From Octopus bimaculoides (lineage: Eukaryota): a DNA stretch of 64,000 bases. The notes under the pieces are model-generated. The model saw nothing but the letters and a program-made list of their open reading frames with translations, was not told where the DNA came from and did not search any database. This document shows positions 12,107 through 22,899 of the stretch, one piece after another. Made by a program: the position numbers and the translations under genes. Position 1 is the stretch's first letter. Each line of letters opens with the position of its first letter. The stretch spans positions 35,435,409 through 35,499,408 of the forward strand of contig NC_068985.1 in assembly GCF_001194135.2 (NCBI RefSeq). Reading direction: 5' to 3'.

Positions 12107-14245
12107 GTAAGCATAATTACATTCAGTTCGTTAAGAAATATAAACTTCAAGCAGTATTAACTGGTACATATAACAGAGAAAATTTGTGTTCTTATGGGAC
12201 AATCTGCTGAGGTTGAAAGTACAAATCAGTGGCTGGTGCAAGGTCCCAAATAAAAACCACAAAGTAACACATAAAATACTACTTTGGAAATTACCATAAC
12301 AGATAATAGACAGGTTTGGAAAGTGTGAAAGTAAGGGATCTTTTATATAGAACCAAAGACTCATGAAGGTCCAGCCTCAGAAACTACACCAATATGAGAG
12401 AATTATGATCAGTGGATCGAACCAAGGTGTGTTGTGACAACCAAGAGGAACTGGTTTTAATTATGATTGCTGGACAAACCTATGTTAGTATCGACAGTGG
12501 ATGATCAATGATAATGATGATAACATAAATTAAGCAAAGAGTTAGCAAATATTTAGGCCAATTTTTCTTACAAGAGTTCGAGAGTTATTAACTAACATAT
12601 ATGGGAAAAATTATATATCTAAGACGGATTACAACAGAAGGAAATCTGTAGCTTTTATGGAGCCACATGCTGAAATCTAAAGATTAGATAAGTGGTTGGT
12701 GCAAAGTGACACACAGTGAGACAATATTATAGGTAGCACCATAACAAGTAAAAGACTTGTAGAAAGGAGGCAATAGAGAAAATATAAAATAACTAAAGAG
12801 AAGCTAAATTTTGGCTGTAAATAGCAAAAGGAGGGGCAAAAAAAGCAGAAGTTGCATGTATTGTGCAAGATGAGGATCAAACATGCAAGTTTATCCAAAT
12901 TGTCTGACAGTCTGCAAGAGAGAAGTCACACTTTGTAAATGTATAGAATAACAATGGCTTCCTCAGTTTTACTGATGCATATGTAAAGAGTGAATTTATT
13001 CCAAGTAGAAGCAGAAGGGCTACCAGCATTCCAGTTTTACAGTATCATGACAGTGCAATTAAAGAATGAAAATGTAGGAAATGTAGCTGGTCCCTTGAGA
13101 CTAGATATTTAGAGATTCATGAATCACTGGAAGTTTTTATTAAGAATAGGATTTACCTGTATATGCCAGGAAGCTGTATCATTGAGCTCATATTCCAAAT
13201 GAAATAACTACAAAGAACTACTTAGCTAGAAGGAAGTTCGTATATCAAGCATATGTGAATTTGGAAAAAGGGACAACCCTTTAACTGAGTAATTCACTAT
13301 CTGATCTGGTAGATTCTAAGGAAACTGGACTTACATGAACTGGTTGTGTTAGCCATAAAAACCATGTGCAGAATCATTTTGGGTAAGGTGAGTGATAGCA
13401 ATGAATTTAGTATGCACATGGGGTTTATCAGGACTCAGTGCTCAGCCATCCTGCTTATTTAGGCCTCCAAACTATGAAAGAGATATTCTCAACAACAAAC
13501 CTTGGAAACAACTGTATGCTAATGACTGTTGATCAATTATTCTTTTACTTGTTGCAGTCGTTTGACTGCAGACATGCTGGTGCACTGCTCTTTAGTCGAA
13601 GTGTGGAAGTAAGGGAACTTTATATAGTACCAAAGACTTCAAGGTCCAACCTCAGAAACTACACCAAAATGAGATGATATGAGAGGGTTATGATGTGGAT
13701 GAAGCCAAGGTGTGTTGTGATAGCAAAGAGGAACTGATTTAAATTATGATCACTTGACAAACCTAAGCAGGACATCAATAGTAGTTGATCAATGATGATG
13801 CTTATGGTGTGACTAATGATAACAAAATAAATTAAGCAAAGAGTTAGCAAATATTTGGTCAATTTTCCTTTAACTANNNNNNNNNNNNNNNNNNNNNNNN
13901 NNNNNNNNNNNNNNNNNNNNNNNNNNNNNNNNNNNNNNNNNNNNNNNNNNNNNNTTTACATTTATTAATCCTTAATTGTACTTCACTATCCCACTCAATA
14001 TTTTTTATTGTTTATTTTGTATTAATTTGGTAATGATAATCTGAGCTAAATGGGGAAAATAATATTATATTACTAATTCCTACTTACACAACTTTGAATG
14101 TGTGTGTGTGTGTGTAAGAGTGAATGTTTTTCATCAATATTTGTTCTGATATTTTCAATACATCCTAAATATATTTTAAATGTTATCTATAATCATGTCA
14201 TTATTTTTTAACACCTTAAATTTGTGGTCAATCATTATCCTAAAG

Positions 14246-14272
14246 ACAATACAGGCAGGAAGAAACCTGCTG
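14246..14272 (+). CDS. 27-nt short-type micro-exon: DNTGRKKPA
   Basis: ATTATCCTAAAG acceptor, G|GTAAGC donor. Confidence 0.7.
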
Positions 14273-14343
14273 GTAAGCATCATTATGTTCAGTTCATTAA
14301 TATAACTAACAAGAGTTTGAGATGTATTAACTAACATATATGA

Positions 14344-14619
14344 AAATATAAAATTTAATAATAAGGATAGAAATTGATATTAATCAATTAAAACCAGTGG
14401 TCCAGCATTTTTAAAAAATCCGAAGATTAAAATTATGTTACGTACACAAATAAGAGGAATGACCAGCAAAAGTGGACTCCTATATGTTAGAAATAGATGC
14501 CGAATCATCTAACCACGAAGAATACTGAGAACATATTCTTTGTGGTTAGATGATTCGGCATCTATTTCTAGCATATAGGAGTCCACTTTTGCTGGTCATT
14601 CCTCTTATTTCAGTATGTA
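14344..14619. mobile_element. 276-bp insertion with an 8-bp target-site duplication, containing a 77-bp palindrome
   Basis: ATATATGA at 14336-14343 and 14620-14627. Paralogous units at about 18105 and 20520 show the empty site. Palindrome arms at 14448-14524 and 14534-14610. Confidence 0.85.
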
Positions 14620-15877
14620 ATATATGATAATATATATGACAAAAATTATATATCTAAGACAAATTATAACAGAAGAAAATCTTCAGCTTTTATGGCACCA
14701 TGTACTGAACTCTATAGATTAGATAAGTGACTGGTGCAAGGTGGCACACACTGAGACAATATTTTAGGTAGCACCATAAAAGGGGGCAATAAAGAAAATA
14801 TCAAGCAACTAAAAAGAAGCTAAATGTTGACTATACGTAGCGTAAGGAAAGGCAAAATAGCAAAAGTTGGCATATATTGTACGAGATGAGGATCAGACAT
14901 GCGAGGCCATCCAAATTGACACAATATTTACAAGGTAGAAGAGACACTGGATAGATGTATAGAATAACAATGCCTTCCTAAGTTTTACTGATACCAAACA
15001 TAAAGAGACTAAGTTTATTCCAAATAGAAGCAGAAGAGCTACCAGCATTCCAGTTTTACAGTGTTATGACAGCACAATTAAACAATGTAAAGATAGGGAA
15101 AGTAGCTGGTCTCTTGGGACTAAATATTTAGAAATTTGGAATATCCATGGGTTATTAGAAAGTTGATTAAGAATAGGATTAACTTGGATATGCCAAGAAG
15201 CTGTATCATTGAGATCATATTCCAAATGAAATAACTACAAAGAAGTATTTAGCTAGGAGTAAGCTCCTATACCAAGCATTTGTGAATTTGGAGAAAGGAA
15301 CAAACCCTTTCACTTAGTCATACACTATCTGATCTGGTAGCTGCTAAGGAAACTGGTTTTTGATGAATTGGTTGTTTCAGCCATATAAGCAATGTGCAGA
15401 ATCGCTGTGAGCAAGGTGAGTGATAGCAATGAATTTAGTGTGCATATGGGGGTTTATCAAAACTCAATGCTCAGCCTTTCCTGTTTCCTTAGGTCCCCAA
15501 GCTATAACTTTCAAAACACCTGTATGCTGATGATTCTGCTTTTATGTCAGAATCTGTAGAAAAACTGGGTCAGATAGAAATTTCAAACATGAGAGTAAAA
15601 TCTGCATTTGAAGGGCATTAACTTTAATCTAGCAAAATATAGGAAGAAAGACTGGACTCAGGTACCATCAGGAAAATGAATGTGCTCTTTATGCTGGAAA
15701 TGAGCAAGTAGAAATTTTATAAGGTGTCCCCAGTGTAAACAATACATACATTCCTGCTTATACTTCTTTGAACATTTATGTACATGAGGGAGCGAGTGTT
15801 TTTCATGAATATTAGTCCTAGTACTTTCAGCACAGCATTAATATATTTAAATCATATCTTTCTTTAATTTCTTAAAG

Positions 15878-15928
15878 ATGTGGAAGAACTTTATGCTAAA
15901 GTTAACAAACCAAGTGTGAAAACTCATG
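15878..15928 (+). CDS. 51-nt long-type micro-exon: DVEELYAKVNKPSVKTH
   Basis: CTTAAAG acceptor, G|GTAAGC donor, phase1-1. Confidence 0.85.
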
Positions 15929-17396
15929 GTAAGCATAATTATATTCAGTCCATTCATAAAACTATATAAACTTCAAGGGATATTAACTGATACATATAAC
16001 AAGTTGATTAAGAATAGGATTAACTTTGATATGCCAAGAAGCTGTATCATTGAGATTGTATTCCAAATGAAATAACTACAAAGAAGTACTTAGCTAGGAG
16101 TAAGCTCCTATACCAAGCATTTGTGAATTTGGAGAAATGGACAAACCCTTTCACTTAGTCATTCACTATCTAACTTAGTAGATGCTAGGGAAATGGGACT
16201 TAGATGAATAGGTTGTGTGAGCCATACAAGCCATGTGCAGAATCATTTTGGGTAAGGTGAGTGATAGCAATGAATTTAGTATGCATATGGGGTTTATCAG
16301 GATTCAGTGCTCAGCATTCCTGCTTATTTAGGCCTCCAAACTATGGAAGAGGTGTTCTTAACAATTAACCTTGGAAACTAATGCATATGACTCTGTTGAA
16401 CAATTATTCTTTTACTTGTTGCAGTCGTTTGACTGCAGACATGCTGGTGCACTGCTCTTTAGTCGAAGTGTGGAAGTAAGGGAACTTTATATAGTACCAA
16501 AGACTTCAAGGTCCAACCTCAGAAACTACACCAAAATGAGATGATATGAGAGGGTTATGATGTGGATGAAGCCAAGGTGTGCTGTGATAGCAAAGAGGAA
16601 CTGATTTAAATTATGATCACTTGACAAACCTAAGCAGGACATCAATAGTAGTTGATCAATGATGATNNNNNNNNNNNNNNNNNNNNNNNNNNNNNNNNNN
16701 NNNNNNNNNNNNNNNNNNNNNNNNNNNNNNNNNNNNNNNNNNNNNNNNNNNNNNNNNNNNNNNNNNNNNNNNNNNNNNNNNNNNNNNNNNNNNNNNNNNN
16801 NNNNNNNNNNNNNNNNNNNNNNNNNNNNNNNNNNNNNNNNNNNNNNNNNNNNNNNNNNNNNNNNNNNNNNNNNNNNNNNNNNNNNNNNNNNNNNNNNNNN
16901 NNNNNNNNNNNNNNNNNNNNNNNNNNNNNNNNNNNNNNNNNNNNNNNNNNNNNNNNNNNNNNNNNNNNNNNNNNNNNNNNNNNNNNNNNNNNNNNNNNNN
17001 NNNNNNNNNNNNNNNNNNNNNNNNNNNNNNNNNNNNNNNNNNNNNNNNNNNNNNNNNNNNNNNNNNNNNNNNNNNNNNNNNNNNNNNNNNNNNNNNNNNN
17101 NNNNNNNNNNNNNNNNNNNNNNNNNNNNNNNNNNNNNNNNNNNNNNNNNNNNNNNNNNNNNNNNNNNNNNNNNNNNNNNNNTAATGATAAACTGAGCTAA
17201 ATGGGGAAAATAATATTATATTATTAATCCCTGCTTATACAACTTTGAATGTATATGTGTATGCGGGAGTAAATTTTTTTTTTATTAATATTTGTTCTGA
17301 TACTTTCAATACATCCTAAATATATTTTAAATATTATCTATAATCATGTCATTATTTTTTAACACCTTAAATTTGTGGTCAATCATTATCCTAAAG

Positions 17397-17423
17397 ACAA
17401 TACAAGCAGGAAGAAACCTGCTG
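17397..17423 (+). CDS. 27-nt short-type micro-exon: DNTSRKKPA
   Basis: ATTATCCTAAAG acceptor, G|GTAAGC donor. Confidence 0.7.
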
Positions 17424-18017
17424 GTAAGCATGAATATGTTCAGTTCATTAATATAACTAACAAGTGTTTGAGAGTTATTAACTAACATATTTGACGAAGA
17501 TTATGTATCTAAGATTATAGCAGAGGAAAATCTGCAGCTTTTACTGAACCACATGCTGAACTCCATAGATTAGATAAGTGGCTGGTGTAAGGTGACCCAC
17601 ACTGAGACAATATTATAGGTACCACCATAGCAAGTGAAAGACTTTTAGAAAGAAGGCAATACTGAGAAGCTAAATTTTTGCTATACATAGCAAAGGTAAG
17701 GGCAAAAAAAGCAGAGGTTGCATGTATTGTGCAAGATGAGGATCAGACATGCAAGGGGATCCAAACTGACTAACAGTCTGCCAAATACAAGACAATATAT
17801 GTAGATGTATAGAATAACAATGGCTTCCTCCGTCTTACGTTACAATTTCTTACATATACAGCATTGAACATGTATGTGTATGAAGGAGTGATTGTTTCAC
17901 ATTGATATTTATTCCGATAGATTCAATGCTTCATAAATATATTTTGAAAATTATCTATAGTCATATGTCATTTATTTTTTAAGTCTTTAATATTTGTGTT
18001 CAATTTTTATCCTAAAG

Positions 18018-18044
18018 ACAATACAAATAAGAAGAAACCTGCTG
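18018..18044 (+). CDS. 27-nt short-type micro-exon: DNTNKKKPA
   Basis: TTTTTATCCTAAAG acceptor, G|GTAAGC donor. Confidence 0.7.
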
Positions 18045-18593
18045 GTAAGCATCATTATGTTCAGTTCATTAATATAACTAACAAGAGTTTGAGAGGTATT
18101 AACTAACGTATATGATAATATATATGACAAAAATTATATATCTAACATAGATTATAACAGAAGAAAATCTGCAGCTTTTATGGCACCATGTACTGAACTC
18201 TATAGATTAGATAAGTGACTGGTGCAAGGTGGCACACACTGAGACAATATTATAGGTAGCATCATAACAAGTGAAAGACTTGTAGAAAGGGGGCAATAAA
18301 GAAAATATCAAGCAACTAAAAAGAAGCTAAATGTTGACTACACGTAGCGTAAGGAAAGGCAAAATAGCAAAAGTTGGCATATATTGTGCAAGATGAGGAT
18401 CAGACATGCGAGGTCATCCAAATTGACACAATATTTACAAGGTAGAAGAGACACTGGATAGATGTATAGAATAACAATGCCTTCCTAAGTCTTACTGATA
18501 CCAAACATAAAGAGAGTAAGTTTATTCCAAATAGAAGCAGAAGAGCTACCAGCATTCCAGTTTTACAGTGTTATGACAGCACANNNNNNNNNN

Positions 18594-18890
18594 AGCAAGG
18601 TCGTTGCCAGTGCCGCCAGACTGACTCCCATGCAGATGGCACATAAAAAATACCTTTTTGAGTGTGGTCGTTGCCAGTACCGTGTGACTGACCCTCGTGC
18701 CGGTGGCACGTAAAAGCACCCACTACACTCTCGGAGTGGTTGGTGTTAGAAAGGGTATCCAGCTGTAGAAACTCTGCCAGATCAGATTGGAGCCTGGTGC
18801 AGCCTTCTGGCTTGCCAGTCCTCAATCAAATCGTCCAACCCATGCTAGCATGGAAAGCGGACATTAAGCGATGATGATGATGATGATGAT
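18594..18890 (+). mobile_element. RTE LINE 3' tail inserted in an array unit
   Basis: Same tail as 380-552, ending (GAT)n. It is absent from the paralogous unit at 15060-15250. Its 5' edge is a gap. Confidence 0.85.
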
Positions 18891-19543
18891 GAGTACTTAG
18901 CTAAGAGTAAGCTCCTATACCAAGCATTTGTGAATTTGGAGAAAGGAACAAACCCTTTCACTTCGTCATACACTATCTGATCTGGTAGCTGCTAAGGAGA
19001 CTGGATTTTGATGAATTGGTTGTGTGAGCCATATTAGCAATGTGCAGAATCACTGTGAGCAAGGTGAGTGATAGCAATGAATTTAGTGTGCATATGGGGG
19101 TTTATCAAAACTCAATGCTCAGCCTTTCCTGTTTCCTTAGGTCCCCAAGCTAAAAAAGATGTATCTTAGATAACTTTCAAAACACCTGTATGCTGATGAT
19201 TATGCTTTTATGTCAGAATCTGTAGAAAAACTGGGTCAGATAGAAATTCCAAACATGAGAGTAAAATCTGCATTTGAAGGGCATTAAATTTAATCTAGCA
19301 AAATATAGGGAGAATGACTGGACTCAGGTACCATCAGGAAGATGAATGTGCTCTTTATGCTGGAAATGAGCCGGTAGAAATTTCATAAGGTGTCCCCAGT
19401 GTAAACAATACATACATTCCTGCTTATACTTCTTTTAACATTTATGTACGTGAGGGAGTGAGTGTTTTTCATGAATATTAGTTCTGGAACTTTCAGCACA
19501 GCATTAATATATTTAAATCATATCTTTCTTTAATTTCTTAAAG

Positions 19544-19594
19544 ATGTGGAAGAACTTTATGCTAAAGTTAACAAACCAAGTGTGAAAACTCATG
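19544..19594 (+). CDS. 51-nt long-type micro-exon: DVEELYAKVNKPSVKTH (identical to 15878)
   Basis: CTTAAAG acceptor, G|GTAAGC donor. Confidence 0.8.
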
Positions 19595-20433
19595 GTAAGC
19601 ATAATTATATTCAGTCCATTCATAAAACTATATAAACTTCAAGGGATATTAACTGATACATATAACACAGACAATCTGCTGGGGTTTCAAGCCGAGATTG
19701 TTGGCTGGTGCAATGTCCCAACTAAAAAACACAAAGTGACACATAAGATACTACTTTGAAAATTACCATAACAGATAACAGACAGGTTTAGAAAGTGTGA
19801 ATGTAAGAGAGCATTAAATAGAACCAAAGACTCATGAAGTTCCAGCCTCAGAAACTACACCAATACGAGATGATATGAGAGAATTATGATCAGTGGATCA
19901 AGCCAAGGTGTGTTGTGACAACCATGAGGAACTGGTTTTAATTATGATGGCTTGACAAACCCATGCTAGCATTGACAGTGATTGATCAATGTGATGACAA
20001 TGGTGGCAATGATGATGACAAGATAAATTAAGCAAAGAGTTAGCAAATATTTAGGTCAATTTTCCTTGCAATAGAGATAACACTGTAATATAACCTACAT
20101 AACACAAACATTTATAAATGTGCATTTTGCACTACATGTAAACATATATTTTCAGGTGTATTAGCAATTTCTACCTTTATTAATCATTAATTGTACTTTA
20201 TTTTATATCTCAATGTATTTTTATTTGTTTGTTTTTTCTTTTAATTTGGTAATGATAATCTGAGGTAAATAGGGAAAATAATATTATATTACTAATTCCT
20301 GCTTATGTAGATGTGCATGAGAGGGTGAATGTTTTCCATTAATATTTGTTCTGATACTTTCAATACATCATTTTAAATGTTATATTTTAAATGTTATCTA
20401 GAATTATATGTCATTATTTTAAAACACCTTAAG

Positions 20434-20460
20434 TCAATAGAAGTAGGAAGAAACCTGCCG
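20434..20460 (+). CDS. 27-nt short-type micro-exon made by deletion: VNRSRKKPA
   Basis: CCTTAAG|TCAATAGAAGTAGGAAGAAACCTGCCG|GTAAGC; the 5' 24 nt of the ancestral exon are missing. Confidence 0.6.
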
Positions 20461-21829
20461 GTAAGCATCATTATGTTCAGTTCATTAATATAACTAACAA
20501 GAGTTTGAGAGGTATTAACTAACATATATGATAATATATATGACAAAAATTATATATCTAACATAGATTATAACAGAAGAAAATCTGCAGCTTTTATGGC
20601 ACCATGTACTGAACTCTATAGATTAGATAAGTGACTGGTACAAGGTGGCACACACTGAGACAATATTTTAGGTAGCATCATAACAAGTGAAAGACTTGTA
20701 GAAATGGGGCAATAGAGAAAATATCAAATAACTAAAAAGAAGCTAAATGTTGGCTATACGTAGCATAAGGAAAGGCAAAATAGCAAAAGTTGGCATATAT
20801 TGTGCAAGATGAGGATCAGACATGCGAGGCCATCCAAATTGACGGACAGTCCGCAAGAGAGAAGACACACTGTTTAGATGTATAGAATAACAATGGCTTT
20901 CTCAATCCTACTGATGTCAAAAGTAAAGAATGAATTTATTCCAAGTAGAAGCAGAAGAGCTAGCAGCATTCCAGTTTTACAGTATCATGACAGTGCAATT
21001 ACAGAATGAATAGGTAGGAAATGTAGCTGGTCTCTTGAGACTAGATATTTAGAGATTTACAATATTCATGTATCACTGGAAATTTGATTAGCAATAGGAT
21101 TAACTTGGATATACCAAGAAGCTGTATCATTGAGATCATATTCCAAATGAAATAACTACAAAGAAGTACTTAGCTAGGAGTAAGCTCCTATATCAAGCAT
21201 TTGTGAATTTGGAGAAAAGGACAACCCTTTGATTGAGTAATTCACTATCTGATTTGGTAGATTCTAAGGAAACTGGACTTACATGAACTGGTTGTGTGAG
21301 CCATAAAAACCATGTGCAGAATCACTGTGAGCAAGGTGAGCAATCACAATGAATTTAATGTGCACATGGGGTTTATCAGGAATTAGTGCTCATCCTTTCC
21401 CGTTTATTTAGGCCTCCAACTTATCAAAAGTGTATTTTAGACAACCTTCAAACACTTGTATGCTGATGACCTAGCTTTTATGACAGAATCTGTAGAAAAA
21501 TTGGGTCAGACAGAAATTCCAAACTCGATAGCAAAATCTGCATTTAAAAGATTTTAAATTGAATCTAGTAAAAACACATTTTTTACCCCATAGGAAGAAA
21601 GACTGAACTCATATCCTATCAGGAAAATGCATGTGCTTTTTATGTAGGAAATGAGCAGGTAGAAATTTCATAAGGTGTTCCCAATGTAAAGAATGAATAC
21701 TTAAGTTCCTGCTTATACTTCTTCGAACATTTATGTATTAGAGGGAATGAACGTTTCTCATTAATATAAGTTCTGATACTTTCAGCACAGCATTGATATA
21801 TTTTAAATAAAATCTTTGATTCCCTAAAG

Positions 21830-21852
21830 ATGTGAATGACCTTTATGCTAAA
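21830..21852 (+). pseudogene. Truncated long-type exon (DVNDLYAK); 3' half and donor deleted
   Basis: CCCTAAAG|ATGTGAATGACCTTTATGCTAAA, then a jump into downstream intron sequence. Confidence 0.75.
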
Positions 21853-22277
21853 CAGTGGATAAACAATGAAGATGGTTATAGTGGCAATGATAACGATGGT
21901 GGTGATAAGAAGAATTAAGCAAAGAGTTAGCAAATATTTAGCCCTTTTTTTCCTTTGAGTAGAAATAAGTTATATAACCTTATATATGAACAAAAAATCA
22001 TAATTGTTCATTTTGCAGTATTCCTATCATAAGCTTTACTCTTGTAGATTTTCAAATTTATCTTTAACATTTTCTACCTTTATTCTTCTTTAATTGTACT
22101 TTACACCATTCGGTGTTTTTTTTTTCTGTTAATTTCATAATAGTATTGAGATGTAAATGGGGAAAATAATATAATATTGTTAATTCCTGTTGTTAGTTCT
22201 GTTACTTTCAGCACAACATAAATATATTTTAAACAATATCTATAATTGTATGGGATTTATTTTTTAATTTCTTAAAG

Positions 22278-22328
22278 ATGTGAATGATCCTAATGCTAAA
22301 GTCAAAAAACCAAGCAAGAAACCTGAAG
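22278..22328 (+). CDS. 51-nt micro-exon with Tyr-to-Asn change: DVNDPNAKVKKPSKKPE
   Basis: CTTAAAG acceptor, G|GTAAGC donor, open frame. Confidence 0.8.
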
Positions 22329-22899
22329 GTAAGCATGATTATACTCAATTTATTAATATAACTAAATATATCTACGGAGGTATTATCTGGCACATGAGAA
22401 TAAAAATGAGAATGTACATACTTACAACATGACAGAAAACTTAAATGCTTATCTGAGTTTTAGAGTGGCCTGTGATAAGTCCCAAATAAACATAAGGTGA
22501 CATGAGATGAAGTACTACTGTATACAGCACCATAACAGCTAAGAAACAAGATTGTAAAAACTAGGTGGTAATGAAGTATTATGCTGTACTAGAACAGACT
22601 CAAAGGCTCAATTCCTAGGTAAACTTGGAGAAATCTATGTCAAAATAAGAGGAGCAGTATTTATGAAATATACCAAAAGTATGGCACATACATATATAAA
22701 TATAGGTATAAATGCATGTATGTGTGTATATCTGAGGCCTATGTAAAATTGCACCTGCTAAGTCATCATCTACTGCTCCTTTTGCCAATTTCATGCCACC
22801 ACCCTCCATTTCATCTCTTCTACTCACTGTTCCATGCTACCTCTTAAAAGATTTGAAAGCATTGGATCTGTGTATATTCAGTATTTAGTACCCTTTTCT

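Larger units (their letters stand above)
9280..21640 (+). mobile_element. Decayed RTE RT fragments repeated in the array introns
   Basis: Intron blocks align with the young RTE at 6920-7987 (ATCTGGT..AAGGAAACT..GTGAGC..AAGGTGAG..GGGGTTTATCAGG). LYADDLA is still readable at 21456-21476. A further copy lies at about 26500-27110. Confidence 0.75.
8870..22440 (+). repeat. Tandem exon-intron duplication array (about 13.5 kb; mosaic units, exon spacing 0.45-2.2 kb)
   Basis: Recurrent upstream block GGGAGTGAATGTTT(C/T)TCATTAATATT, exon, GTAAGCAT donor and shared intron blocks. For example, 14620-15960 closely matches 18105-19660, and 13420-13860 closely matches 16290-16666. Confidence 0.95.

Noticed and set aside
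16652-17200. Long ORFs made of X (also at 40.8, 51.7, 55.0 and 59.5 kb)
   Set aside because: They span N gaps and carry no information.
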